A stretch of DNA of 64,000 nt from an uncultured Peptococcaceae bacterium (GTDB taxonomy: Bacteria > Bacillota > Dehalobacteriia > UBA4068 > UBA4997): positions 12,967-76,966 of the forward strand of contig CANSKT010000002.1 in the NCBI GenBank assembly GCA_947647555.1, written 5' to 3'. Of this stretch, positions 50,509 through 60,846 are shown piece after piece. Under the pieces are notes generated by a model. It did not search any database. It was not told where the DNA came from and saw nothing but the letters and a program-made list of their open reading frames with translations. Each line of letters starts with the position of its first letter. The first letter of the stretch is position 1. The position numbers were made by a program, and so were the translations under genes.

Positions 50509-52599
50509 ATGAGCAATAAACAGAAGGTTCTGATTGTGGACGATTCAGAAATGAACCGCTCCATTTTGGCGGATATTCTGGGCGATAAATACGAAATAAT
50601 TGAAGCCGAAAACGGCGTGCAGGCCGTGGCCACTATCCAGAAGTATGGCACAGAGCTTTCTGTGGTGCTTCTGGATATGGTTATGCCCAAAATGGACGGC
50701 TTTGGTGTGTTGGATATGATGAACCAACACCATTGGATTGATGAAGTTCCGGTGATTATGATTTCCGCTGAAAGCTCCTCCTCTTATGTGGAGCGAGCTT
50801 ATGATATGGGCGTTACCGATTTTATCAGCCGCCCCTTTGACGCGCTGATTGTCCGCCGGCGCGTTATCAACACCATTTTGCTTTATGCCAAGCAGAAAAA
50901 GCTTACCAGCCTTTTGGCTGACCAGCTGCTGCAAAAGGAAGAACGCAGCAATTTGATGGTGGACATTTTAAGCCACATTGTAGAATTTCGTAACGGTGAG
51001 AGCGGCATGCATGTTATTCACGTCCGCCTGATTACCGAACTTTTGCTGAACCATTTAATGCATAAGGTTGAGCGCTACAATGATTTGACCCATGAAGATT
51101 TGGATATGATCAGCATGGCCTCCGCCCTGCATGATATTGGCAAAATATCCATTGATGAGGCCATTCTGAACAAACCCGGCCGGCTGACCGATGAAGAATT
51201 TACGATTATGAAGACCCATGCTCTGATTGGCGCGCAGATGCTTTCAGAGATGCCTTATAAAGATGATAAGCTTATCCGAACGGCTTATGAAATTTGCCGC
51301 TGGCACCATGAGCGTTATGACGGTAGCGGTTATCCCGATGGTCTGAAAGGCGATGACATTCCGATTTCCGCCCAGATTGTGGCAATGGCCGATGTTTATG
51401 ACGCCCTGACCAGTGAGCGCGTTTATAAAAAAGCCCTGCCGCATGAAACTGCCGTGCAGATGATTATAGACGACAAATGCGGCGCTTTTAACCCGGAATT
51501 AAAAGAGTGTTTGCTTGACGTGGCCGAAACAATCCGCAGCACGCTGGCTTCTGACGTGGTGGCCTTAAACCAGAAGCGCGCTTCTCAGAACGCAGTGGCG
51601 GAGATGTTGCGCAACAATGAAACCAGCGCTTCAGAGCGCACATTGCGGCTGCTGGAAAAAGAAAGAGAAAAATATAAATTCTTTGCGGCGCTGACTAAGG
51701 AAATTCAGGTTGAATATAATCCCGACCCACCCACGCTGACACTCTCCCCCTGGGGCGCGCAAAAGCTGGGGCTGGACGAAATTATCATGGACCCACAGAA
51801 TAATGAGCAGGTTCTGACCGTAACCGGCGCGGAAAACTGGCAGAAGATAACAGAACTGCTGCTGAACTCCACACCGGAGCAGCCGATGATTAAATATGAC
51901 TGCAAGATGTTTTATAATGGAGAGTTGCGTTGGCATCAGGTTATTGCTCGCGCCATGTGGCAGCAGGAGGACGAACCAATCTTCCAGGGCGCTATTGGCA
52001 AGGTTATTGATATTCATGATTCCAAACAGCGACTGGCAGAGCTGGAGCGCAAGGCCAATCATGACTCCTTAACCGGCCTGCTGAACCATGCCAGCGCCAA
52101 AAAACATATCATTGAAAGTCTGGAAGGACACCCACACGACAAATATGCACTGATTATTTTTGACTTGGACCATTTCAAAAATGCCAACGATACCTATGGC
52201 CATATTTTTGGCGACGAGGTTTTGAAGCTGGAAGCGCAAAAGCTAAAAGGCAGCTTGCGCGCCGGCGATATTGCCGCCCGTATCGGTGGTGATGAATTTT
52301 TAATCTTCCTGCGTTATACAGATGAGGTTGAGCCAATTATTGAGCGTATTTTTAAAACGCTGATTGGCCGACATGAAGATTTTGAATTTACGGTAAGCAT
52401 GGGCGTGGTGCAAACTGAGTTTGCGGATAATGATTATGAAACCCTTTTCCATTGCGCCGACCAGGCGCTTTATGCGGCCAAACGCGGCGGCCGCGGACGC
52501 TATTGCTTTTATAGAGATGATTTGCCGGATACTATTCATAATAAAGCGAAATCATCTCTTTCCAAGATTGAAAGCAACGACCCAAACCGTGAATGTTAA
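50509..52599 (+). CDS. response regulator with REC + HD-GYP + GGDEF domains (c-di-GMP phosphodiesterase/cyclase)
   Basis: REC domain (VLIVDDSE...VVLLDMVMPKMDG). HD-GYP domain (HVIHV...HDIGK...HHERYDGSGYP). GGDEF domain (RIGGDEFLIFL). Confidence 0.85.
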   Translation: MSNKQKVLIVDDSEMNRSILADILGDKYEIIEAENGVQAVATIQKYGTELSVVLLDMVMPKMDGFGVLDMMNQHHWIDEVPVIMISAESSSSYVERAYDMGVTDFISRPFDALIVRRRVINTILLYAKQKKLTSLLADQLLQKEERSNLMVDILSHIVEFRNGESGMHVIHVRLITELLLNHLMHKVERYNDLTHEDLDMISMASALHDIGKISIDEAILNKPGRLTDEEFTIMKTHALIGAQMLSEMPYKDDKLIRTAYEICRWHHERYDGSGYPDGLKGDDIPISAQIVAMADVYDALTSERVYKKALPHETAVQMIIDDKCGAFNPELKECLLDVAETIRSTLASDVVALNQKRASQNAVAEMLRNNETSASERTLRLLEKEREKYKFFAALTKEIQVEYNPDPPTLTLSPWGAQKLGLDEIIMDPQNNEQVLTVTGAENWQKITELLLNSTPEQPMIKYDCKMFYNGELRWHQVIARAMWQQEDEPIFQGAIGKVIDIHDSKQRLAELERKANHDSLTGLLNHASAKKHIIESLEGHPHDKYALIIFDLDHFKNANDTYGHIFGDEVLKLEAQKLKGSLRAGDIAARIGGDEFLIFLRYTDEVEPIIERIFKTLIGRHEDFEFTVSMGVVQTEFADNDYETLFHCADQALYAAKRGGRGRYCFYRDDLPDTIHNKAKSSLSKIESNDPNREC

Positions 52600-52631
52600 A
52601 AATCTGAACATATATTAAGGAGGTTATTCTT

Positions 52632-52985
52632 ATGACTTTAGAAGAATGTTATGTCGCTTTGGAGGGTAGTTATACCGATGCCATAAGCAGACTGCGCAGT
52701 GAAAAGCTGGTACGCAAGTTTGCCTTAAAATTTCTGAATGACGGCAGTTATCAGCTTTTGCAGGACTCTCTGGCCAAAGAGGATTATGCGGAGGCTTTTC
52801 GTGCTGCCCATACCATTAAAGGCGTTTGCCAAAATCTGGCCTTTGATAAGCTGGGCAATTCCAGCGAGCATTTAACGGAGTCTTTGCGCAACGGCTGGAG
52901 TGACGCCGCGCCGGCTCTGATTGAGCAGGTTAAAGCGGATTATCAGCAGACGATTGCCGCCCTGAACGACCTGGACCCGGAATAA
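52632..52985 (+). CDS. Hpt (histidine phosphotransfer) domain protein
   Basis: Conserved AHTIKGVCQNLAF motif (HxxKG). Confidence 0.75.
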   Translation: MTLEECYVALEGSYTDAISRLRSEKLVRKFALKFLNDGSYQLLQDSLAKEDYAEAFRAAHTIKGVCQNLAFDKLGNSSEHLTESLRNGWSDAAPALIEQVKADYQQTIAALNDLDPE

Positions 52986-53063
52986 TCCATCTGCTTTTAT
53001 AATAACGCTGGGGTTAAACGTGTCCATAAACTTTAACCAAAACGTGAAGGAGTTTTTATAGCT

Positions 53064-55622
53064 GTGCATAACCTTAATTTAAAAAATAAAAACACCATTT
53101 TAATACTTTTCAGTATTTTACTGGGGTCTATTACGGTTGCGGTGTTCTTATATCTGGCCTTTTGGGTACGCAGCCAAACCACCGGAACCATAAACAACGT
53201 CGGCAATATGTATATGGACGGACTGAATGAACGCATTACCAGACACTTCAGCACAACTATGGATTATCGTTTTGCCCAGCTGGAGGAAATCATTGATGAA
53301 ACTCCGGACGAATACAGTAACAGCGTTAATCAGGTACATAGTTACCTGGCAAACTCAGCTATACGTCATGATTTTGATGAGTTAACGCTTTGCGGTGCTG
53401 ACGGCTGGCAGGAGTCTGTCTATGGTAATGGCATAACCATGTATGCCGAAGAACTATTTGTGGAAGCGCTTACAGGCGGCGAAAGATGGGTGGCCACCGG
53501 TTTTGATAAAGACGGCAATTCTATACTGCTGATGGGTATTCCGGCGCAATTTCCTATGCAGGACGGCACCCTCAGCAGCGGCCTGATAGTTGGCATGCCC
53601 CTGGATTACATGACCCAGGTTCTGGAGGCCAGTGATACTCTGGCTTCATCGCATATTATCCGCAAAGACGGCACCTATGTTCTGCGCAGTGACGGCAGCA
53701 CCGCCAATACTTTCCGGGAGCGGCTGGCAGAACTTTCCGCCCCCCAGGATATTGAGCAGATTGAACTCGCCAATGCCCAATCGCTGGCCGCCATGCAGCG
53801 GGACGAAAATTATTCGGTCATGCTGACCCTGAATGAAACGCGCGAGCATTGGTATTTTACCAAACTGCCCTATTCCAACTGGTATCTTACCACGAGAATG
53901 CCTTTCGGCACTTTAGACCAGGCTGTAAACATGCTTACCCGTTCCACTTTATATGCAGCGCTTTTTGGCTGCCTTATCCTGCTTTTCGGTTTGCTTATTC
54001 TGTTTATTTTCTTTAACAGCATGACTAAATCCCAGTTGCTGGCGCTCAATCAGGCCAGAAAAGAAGCGGAAAGAGCCAACAAAGCCAAAAGTGAATTTTT
54101 ATCCAGCATGAGCCATGATATCCGCACCCCGATGAATGCAATCGTGGGTATGACGGCGATTGCCACGGCCAACATTGATAACCGCATGCAGCTGGAAAAC
54201 TGTCTGAACAAAATTACCCTTTCCAGCAAGCATTTGCTGGGGCTTATCAACGACGTTCTGGATATGAGCAAGATTGAAAGCGGCAAGCTGACCATGAATA
54301 TCGACCAGGTTTCCCTGCGCGAGGTTATGGACAGTATCGTCAGCATTGTACAACCGCAGGTTCACGCGAAAAATCAGACTTTCAACGTGAGTATTCACGA
54401 TATCAATACCGAAAACGTCTGCTGCGACGGCGTTCGTCTGAACCAGGTTTTAATCAACCTGCTTTCCAACGCCATTAAATTTACACCGGAAAACGGCACA
54501 ATCTCTCTGGCCTTACATGAAGAAGATTCTCCCAAAGGCGAAAGTTTTGTGCGTATTAATCTGGAAGTTAAAGATACTGGCTATGGTATGTCGCCAGAGT
54601 TCACCAAACGCATTTTTGACTCATTCTCCCGGGAGAATACAGACCGTGTGCACAAAACAGAGGGCACCGGTTTGGGCATGGCCATTACCAAATATATTAT
54701 TGATACCATGGGCGGCACTATCAGCCTGGAAAGCGAGCAGGGAGTCGGCACCACTTTCTATGTTTCGCTTGATTTGGAAAAGGCCAGCATTCAGGAAACT
54801 GACATGAAGCTGCCGAGTTGGCATATGCTGCTGGTTGACGACGACCCAATGCTTTGCAAAAGCGTTATCGCCGCTTTACAAGATATTGGCGTACAGGCGG
54901 AAAGTGTTTTGGACGGCGAAAGCGCTATCAAACTGGTTAAAAAGCGCCATGAGGAAAATAATGATTTCCAGATTATCCTGTTAGACTGGAAACTGCCCGG
55001 CATTAACGGCATTGACGCCGCCAAGGAAATACGTCGTCAAACCGGCGAGGAAATTCCGATTTTGCTGATATCAGCCTACGACTGGACGGATATTGAAGAA
55101 GATGCACGCACCGCCGGCATCAACGGCTTTATTTGCAAACCACTATTTAAATCCACCCTGTATTACGGTCTGCGCCCCTACGCGAACAACCCCGAAGAGA
55201 AAAAGCAGACCAAGCTTAAGAAAACTACTCGTGACTTTACCGGCAAAAAGATTTTGCTGGCCGAGGATAACGACCTCAACTGGGAAATTGCCGAAACGCT
55301 GCTTTCCGAGGAGGGTCTGGAGTTAGATTGGGCTGAAAATGGTCAGGTTTGCGTCGAGGTTTTCCAGCAATCCGATGTTGGTTATTATGATGCCATTTTA
55401 ATGGATATCAGAATGCCGGTTATGAACGGTTATGACGCCGCCAAAACCATACGCAGTCTGGAGCGCCCGGACGCAGCGGAAATTCCGATTATCGCCATGA
55501 CTGCGGACGCTTTTGCAGAAGATATCCAGCGCTGTCTGGACGTTGGCATGAATGCCCATATTGCTAAACCGATTGATGTACATGATGTTCTGGTTCAACT
55601 GGACAAATACATGAAACCTTAA
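53064..55622 (+). CDS. hybrid sensor histidine kinase with a periplasmic sensing domain, HisKA, HATPase_c and two C-terminal REC domains
   Basis: GTG start with a GAAGGAG RBS. H-box [12 protein letters not shown]-box [10 protein letters not shown] and G-box [11 protein letters not shown]1 (MLLVDDDP...[13 protein letters not shown]) and REC2 ([10 protein letters not shown]...[14 protein letters not shown]). Confidence 0.85.
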   Translation: MHNLNLKNKNTILILFSILLGSITVAVFLYLAFWVRSQTTGTINNVGNMYMDGLNERITRHFSTTMDYRFAQLEEIIDETPDEYSNSVNQVHSYLANSAIRHDFDELTLCGADGWQESVYGNGITMYAEELFVEALTGGERWVATGFDKDGNSILLMGIPAQFPMQDGTLSSGLIVGMPLDYMTQVLEASDTLASSHIIRKDGTYVLRSDGSTANTFRERLAELSAPQDIEQIELANAQSLAAMQRDENYSVMLTLNETREHWYFTKLPYSNWYLTTRMPFGTLDQAVNMLTRSTLYAALFGCLILLFGLLILFIFFNSMTKSQLLALNQARKEAERANKAKSEFLSSMSHDIRTPMNAIVGMTAIATANIDNRMQLENCLNKITLSSKHLLGLINDVLDMSKIESGKLTMNIDQVSLREVMDSIVSIVQPQVHAKNQTFNVSIHDINTENVCCDGVRLNQVLINLLSNAIKFTPENGTISLALHEEDSPKGESFVRINLEVKDTGYGMSPEFTKRIFDSFSRENTDRVHKTEGTGLGMAITKYIIDTMGGTISLESEQGVGTTFYVSLDLEKASIQETDMKLPSWHMLLVDDDPMLCKSVIAALQDIGVQAESVLDGESAIKLVKKRHEENNDFQIILLDWKLPGINGIDAAKEIRRQTGEEIPILLISAYDWTDIEEDARTAGINGFICKPLFKSTLYYGLRPYANNPEEKKQTKLKKTTRDFTGKKILLAEDNDLNWEIAETLLSEEGLELDWAENGQVCVEVFQQSDVGYYDAILMDIRMPVMNGYDAAKTIRSLERPDAAEIPIIAMTADAFAEDIQRCLDVGMNAHIAKPIDVHDVLVQLDKYMKP

Positions 55623-55629
55623 TAAACAG

Positions 55630-55664
55630 AAAGCCCCCTCGCTAACGAGGGGGCTTTTATTTTA
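55630..55664. terminator. rho-independent terminator
   Basis: AAAGCCCCCTCG...CGAGGGGGCTTT hairpin followed by TATTTTA. Confidence 0.65.
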
Positions 55665-55690
55665 TACTATTTTAATAAACCGGCTTTTAT

Positions 55691-56311
55691 CTATTCCACA
55701 TAAAACGCCCACTGTGAATTGCCGCCCAAAGCCGGCTCATCTTCGCTCTCCCACTCGGCGTCTATCACATAAACATAACTATGTTCATCGTCCAGCAACT
55801 CAAAGTTAGTTCGCTCTCTAAAAAAGACCGCTGTATGCGTTATTTCTTCCGGCAAAGTATTGCCACATTTGCGTTGCTGCCATTCATCATAAGCATAGGC
55901 TGTAATCTTAAACGTCGTTGGCCCGGTCTGCCAAACCAAAGAAATACCATCTGCACCCACCGCCGCCTTATCTAGCTTTGGCAAACTTTCCACCGCTTCT
56001 AAAGGGTGCATAGCACAGGCAATCACACTGCTAATTTCAGATTTCTTCACATCAGTATAATGGCCCCAGTTGTAACCAAACTGTCTCGGTTCAACGCTTG
56101 TATCGCCATATGTTAACAACAAGGCCGGAACATGCTCTGAACTCTGCCAGTTCTCTAAAAACTCCCAGTCCTCCGGCAAAATAGCCAGCTGTTTGTCATT
56201 CTGCGCCTCCGGCAAAAAATCATCTTTATCCGCCTTTTCAGAACAACCGGTCAGGCCAAGCAACGCCACAATCAACAAGGCCGCCGCCATTATTTTGTTA
56301 TATTTGCACAT
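55691..56311 (-). CDS. lipoprotein of unknown function
   Basis: Signal peptide with lipobox LTGC. Start at MCKYNK with a GGAGGA RBS. Confidence 0.5.
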   Translation of the reverse strand: MCKYNKIMAAALLIVALLGLTGCSEKADKDDFLPEAQNDKQLAILPEDWEFLENWQSSEHVPALLLTYGDTSVEPRQFGYNWGHYTDVKKSEISSVIACAMHPLEAVESLPKLDKAAVGADGISLVWQTGPTTFKITAYAYDEWQQRKCGNTLPEEITHTAVFFRERTNFELLDDEHSYVYVIDAEWESEDEPALGGNSQWAFYVE

Positions 56312-56427
56312 TTTATCATTCCTCCATTCCCTGCACAAAATATCTTCTATTAATAACACCCCACAACAAAGCAAAATGCCACATTTTACAAAAAACCGCC
56401 CTGCATAATTAAAGGGCGGTTTTTTTA

Positions 56428-56763
56428 TCATTTTTCCAGAATTTTATTAATTTCAGTATAAAACACCGGAAATTCCTTTTTCACAGTTTCATAAACGTCA
56501 GCCATACGCAAGGTCTGATATTTATGAGCCGCAATATCCCGAAAGCCGGCAATCGCTCTCCAGGGCAAAGTGGTATAAGCTGCCCGGAAATCACTGGTTA
56601 AATTTTTCACAAGTTCACCAACATTGATAACCGTCATGCAAATAGCTCTTTTTAGCTGCTCATTTGCCTCAAAATCAGCTAATTCTGCCTCGCCAAGCAT
56701 ACTTTCAGCAATATTTATCTCCGAAAGAATTTTGTTCAGTAAAACTACATCTCTATGCTCCAT
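56428..56763 (-). CDS. hepT: HepT-like (DUF86) toxin of a HepT/MntA toxin-antitoxin pair
   Basis: RX4HXY motif (RDIAAHKY). Overlaps the upstream MntA gene. Confidence 0.8.
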   Translation of the reverse strand: MEHRDVVLLNKILSEINIAESMLGEAELADFEANEQLKRAICMTVINVGELVKNLTSDFRAAYTTLPWRAIAGFRDIAAHKYQTLRMADVYETVKKEFPVFYTEINKILEK

Positions 56764-57049
56764 AAAGCGGAATTCTCCTGTTTATTTCTAAAATCGTATC
56801 CTCCGGCAATGGCCCATGCACAACATCAACCTTGGTTTGCAGCAGTTCCTCCAAACGCAGCTTTACACTGCTCAAGGTCAACAAAGAAACCTGCGGCGTG
56901 TTAAACTCCATGATAATATCCACATCACTTTCCGGCGTACTGCAACCGTCAGCATATGAGCCAAACAATTCTGCCTTGGTAATTGGATATTCGTCAGCAA
57001 CAATATAAATATTGTCAATAATTTTCTGTAAGCTTAACAACAAAACCAC
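56753..57049 (-). CDS. mntA: MntA-like nucleotidyltransferase antitoxin
   Basis: GSxxxGxxxxxSDxD motif (GSYADGCSTPESDVDI). The start-codon coordinate may be off by 1. Confidence 0.8.
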   Translation of the reverse strand: MVLLLSLQKIIDNIYIVADEYPITKAELFGSYADGCSTPESDVDIIMEFNTPQVSLLTLSSVKLRLEELLQTKVDVVHGPLPEDTILEINRRIPLYGA

Positions 57050-57061
57050 CTCTGCTTTTAG

Positions 57062-57790
57062 CTATACCTGCGCAAAAACCTCCGCAATCGGCTCATGAAT
57101 AACCAGATTGGCATGCTTATCTGCTGGCGTGGGCGTTTTATTAATCAAAACCAGCCGGTTGCCGCGATAATAATTGATAAGACCGGCCGCCGGATACACC
57201 ACCAGAGAAGTACCGCCAATAATCAGCATATCAGCCTGGCTGATATCATTAACAGCGCCAGTTATAACGTCAGTATCCAGCCCTTCCTCATAAAGCACCA
57301 CATCAGGCTTGAGCATGCCGCCGCAAACCTGACAACGCGGCACGCCGGCGGCTTCTTTCATATAAAATACATCATGCGATTTACCACATTTTTGGCAATA
57401 GTTACGCAAAACCGAACCATGTAGTTCCCAAACGCGTCTGGAGCCTGCCGCCTGATGTAAACCGTCAATATTCTGGGTCACCACTGAGCGCAAATGCCCC
57501 TCCTGCTCCAACTCCGCCAGACGAAGATGGCAGGTGTTTGGCTGCGCCTCCAGACACAGCATTTTATCCTGATAAAATCTATAAAACTCCTCTGGCTTTT
57601 CTTCAAAAAAAGTATGGCTCAGAATTGTTTCCGGCGGCCAGGCATATTGTTGATTATACAAACCATCTGTGGAACGAAAATCAGGAATACCGCTGGCTGT
57701 GGAAACGCCGGCGCCGCCGAAAAAAACAGCTTTCTTACTCTCCTGCAACCAGGCCGCCAGCGTTTTAATAGCCTCGTCCATAAAAATCAC
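57062..57790 (-). CDS. cobB: NAD-dependent protein deacylase (Sir2/CobB family)
   Basis: GAGVSTASGIPDFRS motif, a CxxC...CxxC zinc ribbon (CQKCG...CQVCGG) and an HG motif. Confidence 0.85.
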   Translation of the reverse strand: MIFMDEAIKTLAAWLQESKKAVFFGGAGVSTASGIPDFRSTDGLYNQQYAWPPETILSHTFFEEKPEEFYRFYQDKMLCLEAQPNTCHLRLAELEQEGHLRSVVTQNIDGLHQAAGSRRVWELHGSVLRNYCQKCGKSHDVFYMKEAAGVPRCQVCGGMLKPDVVLYEEGLDTDVITGAVNDISQADMLIIGGTSLVVYPAAGLINYYRGNRLVLINKTPTPADKHANLVIHEPIAEVFAQV

Positions 57791-57793
57791 CTA

Positions 57794-58315
57794 CTATTCT
57801 ACGATGTTGATTATGCCCTCTTTGCGCGGCTTGGGCGCTGTGGGCTCTGCAATATAACCCAGCGCCACACTGGCAATAACCATATGCTTATCCGGCACGC
57901 CAAATTCCGTCAACAAGGCACGTATCTCCGGTTCATCACAGCAGCTGCGCAGTTGATTAATCCAACAACTGCCCAAATCCAACGCCTGCGCTGCCAGCAA
58001 CATATTCTCCACCGCCGCTGAACCGTCCAGCCAGGCATGTGGGTGCCTTCTTAAATAAGAAACAATAATCAATGTGGGCGCACCATAAAAACAATAACTA
58101 TCATCTAACTGCAAGGTTATTCTGATAAGTTTCGCCAGACGCGCTACTTTTTCAGCATTATGCAAAGCACAAAAATGCCAGCCCTGAAAACCATTACCGC
58201 TGGGCGCCCAAGCGCCAGCCTCTAAAATCTGTTCAAGTTGATTGCGGCTAATCTGCTCTGGCTTAAAGGCCCGGGTGGAACGACGACTTTTTATCACTTC
58301 CAAAATATCTGCCAC
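57794..58315 (-). CDS. nitroreductase-family protein
   Basis: Nitroreductase fold motifs (RRSTRAF...SGNGFQGW). Confidence 0.7.
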   Translation of the reverse strand: MADILEVIKSRRSTRAFKPEQISRNQLEQILEAGAWAPSGNGFQGWHFCALHNAEKVARLAKLIRITLQLDDSYCFYGAPTLIIVSYLRRHPHAWLDGSAAVENMLLAAQALDLGSCWINQLRSCCDEPEIRALLTEFGVPDKHMVIASVALGYIAEPTAPKPRKEGIINIVE

Positions 58316-58353
58316 TAAAAAACACCTCCTGTTATAATTTTATAATATATTTT

Positions 58354-59790
58354 TTATTTTTTATCAGTATCATCTGCCCAGAAGTCCCGATTGGAACGGT
58401 TCCGGCTATGGGTTAAATCCGGCGGCGCCGGCGGCACAAAGCTGCGATGTTCCGGCCGGGTTACATCACCTGTTCTGGCGGCATGCGACAGGCCAGACGG
58501 CGTTTCTGGCCGCGTCGGCTCTGCCGACCCTGTCGGCCGCGACATAATACGCTCCCGAATTTTGTCAATAATATCTGGCGCTTCACTATCCTCCGCTACC
58601 ATTTCCGGCTCCGGCGTCATCTCGGTATCCTGCTCCAAATCAGGTTGTACCGTCAGCTGGAATGAGGGCATCTGGCTTATTGGCTGATTTTCCGGCGCTG
58701 CAACTGAAATTTTACCCAAAATGCTTTCTGAGCGTTCTTCAGGGACAGCGTTCTCGGTTGTTTCAGCTGTTTCTTCATTATTATGCATATGCCGGCTTAA
58801 ACGGGATAATACACTTTCATGCGCCGGGGACTCCGGCTCTGGTTCCAACTCCGGCTCCACCGCCTGCGGTTTTTGTCTGACCGGGCGCCGGGGCGACGTC
58901 TGCATGGCCGCCGTTTCCGCGTCTTCGTCTTTATCGACAATGATATTATGCTTGAGAAAGTGGCCGCGGAAATCCGTTGTTTCATAGAATGTGATAAAGG
59001 CATGGGGGTCTATCGACTGCACCAGCGTCTTTAATCGTCCCACCTCCAACATATTGGTAACGCACATCAGCAGGCTGACCGGCGTATGCGTATACAGCCC
59101 CTCTGCCTGCAATTTGGTAACGCCGCGATTCAGCCCTTTAATCAACGCCGCGCCAACCTCCTCGCCCTTGGCGGTGATAATAAAAGCGGTGCGCTTGCTG
59201 GAAAGACCATCTAAAATAGCATGCAACGTCTGGCCGGAAGCAAAAATTAAAATTAACGTATATAAGCCTTTCTCAATACCGAAAATACCGGTGGAAAGTA
59301 AAATAATCACGGCGTTAATACTGGTGGTAACCGTGCTGACGGATATGCCAAACTTCTGGCGCAAAACCATGGCAATTAAATGCACACCACTGCTGCCGGA
59401 GCCGCTGCGCAACACCAGCGCATCACCGGCACCCACAAAAACACCGGCGAAAATAGCCGCCAGCAATAAATCGTTATTATAAATAACTATACCCTCAAAA
59501 CACTGCAAAAAACCGACCTGCAACAGCAGGGCAACGGTAGTCAGCACCACAAAGCGTTTATCCAGCTCGCGCCAGGCCCAAATCATGCAGGGCAGGTTAA
59601 ACAACAGTACCACCAGCGAAAAAGGCAGGAAATCTAAAAAATAAGTTACAATACCAGCCATACCATAGGTACCGCCAGAAAGAAAATCGTTAGCCGAAAC
59701 AAACCCCTGATAACTATACGCCACAAAAGCATTGCCTAACAAAAATAAAAAAAGTTGCGGTAATTTAATAAGTTTTTGAAAATTTTGCAT
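58354..59790 (-). CDS. YitT-family (DUF161 + DUF2179) membrane protein with an ~200-aa disordered acidic/Pro-rich C-terminal extension
   Basis: The first ~280 aa have the YitT architecture. The tail is rich in E/P/T/S, with PEPE and EPELEPEPES tracts. Confidence 0.65.
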   Translation of the reverse strand: MQNFQKLIKLPQLFLFLLGNAFVAYSYQGFVSANDFLSGGTYGMAGIVTYFLDFLPFSLVVLLFNLPCMIWAWRELDKRFVVLTTVALLLQVGFLQCFEGIVIYNNDLLLAAIFAGVFVGAGDALVLRSGSGSSGVHLIAMVLRQKFGISVSTVTTSINAVIILLSTGIFGIEKGLYTLILIFASGQTLHAILDGLSSKRTAFIITAKGEEVGAALIKGLNRGVTKLQAEGLYTHTPVSLLMCVTNMLEVGRLKTLVQSIDPHAFITFYETTDFRGHFLKHNIIVDKDEDAETAAMQTSPRRPVRQKPQAVEPELEPEPESPAHESVLSRLSRHMHNNEETAETTENAVPEERSESILGKISVAAPENQPISQMPSFQLTVQPDLEQDTEMTPEPEMVAEDSEAPDIIDKIRERIMSRPTGSAEPTRPETPSGLSHAARTGDVTRPEHRSFVPPAPPDLTHSRNRSNRDFWADDTDKK

Positions 59791-59931
59791 ATTCTGTATT
59801 TCTTTTTACCCTTTCTATGATATATAATATATATAACAAATTATAATATATATCTTAACTATATTAAATGATATCACAAACCACGCAATTTGGAAAGTGT
59901 TTTTTAACAATTAATTTTGACAGGAGGTTTT

Positions 59932-60711
59932 ATGTTTCCTTTAGCACATAATTATATGGCCGAACGGATAATCGCTGCTGCGCCCGGCCCTTTTAAGCGC
60001 AGTTTTTCCGCCCTGGAGCAGCAACTTATCTTTGTGGGCAGTATTTTACCGGATTTTATCTGTGGTATGGGCTTTGACCGCAACGTCTGGCACAGCCAAA
60101 GCGCGGATTTTCTCCGCTTTGCCAGGGGCTTCAGCCCACAGGCGGAGGCACTGGCGCTTGGCGTGCGTCTGCATGGCGACGACGGTCTGGGCTTTGATAC
60201 CTTTGCCGATGAAATCTGGCAGGGGAAAATGGGCTGGTGTTTTCTGCAATGCTTGCCCTACATACCAGATGTGGTGCTGGCCTGTAATCTGCCGCGCGCA
60301 CTGGCACTCTGGAAGGCTCATAATATGGTGGAACTGGCGGCAGAACTGGAATTGGCCGCGGCTTATCCACAGCTGGGCGAACGCCTGCTTACCGCCGTTA
60401 ATTCTGACGCGGTTATGGACGAGGTTGGCCGTACTCTGGCCGCCTATACCGACAGCCCCAGCGAGCCGCCCCAAATGCGCCGTATTCTGCGTACAATGAA
60501 TGAACGCTTTGATGTGCAGGAAACGACAGCCAACGGCTGCGCCCAAAAATATTTGCAGCAGCTGGCCAAACGGCATCAGGTAACCGGCGGCAGCCCGACA
60601 GAACTGGCCGCTCTGTTGGAGCAAATACGCCAGGAACTTAAACCCAAACTCTGGCAATGGTTTGATGAAGTATTTGTCCTGCTAAAAACTGCCTGGGAAA
60701 AAGAAATTTAA
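59932..60711 (+). CDS. hypothetical protein (possibly zinc-dependent phospholipase-C-like HxxxxxxA family)
   Basis: AGGAGG RBS directly upstream of the ATG. The family call is tentative. Confidence 0.45.
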   Translation: MFPLAHNYMAERIIAAAPGPFKRSFSALEQQLIFVGSILPDFICGMGFDRNVWHSQSADFLRFARGFSPQAEALALGVRLHGDDGLGFDTFADEIWQGKMGWCFLQCLPYIPDVVLACNLPRALALWKAHNMVELAAELELAAAYPQLGERLLTAVNSDAVMDEVGRTLAAYTDSPSEPPQMRRILRTMNERFDVQETTANGCAQKYLQQLAKRHQVTGGSPTELAALLEQIRQELKPKLWQWFDEVFVLLKTAWEKEI

Positions 60712-60846
60712 TAAATATAATATATATTATAGCTAGTATTTTATGGAGGTATTGTTATGCTGGACAATTTTAATGAACTGAACGCCAATAATCTGAACGA
60801 TGAAAATTTAGATATGATGAGTGAAATTCTGCTGGAGGAACAAATA

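Noticed and set aside
57062-57790. Sir2 gene as a possible anti-phage (Thoeris/DSR-like) component
   Set aside because: The protein has the canonical CobB architecture with a zinc ribbon. It is of normal size and has no associated TIR, SLOG or helicase partner.
60757-60846. 30-codon N-terminal extension of folD
   Set aside because: The ATG at 60847 has a strong GGAGGAA RBS and matches the usual FolD N-terminus. The upstream extension is low-complexity (N/D/E-rich) and has no RBS.
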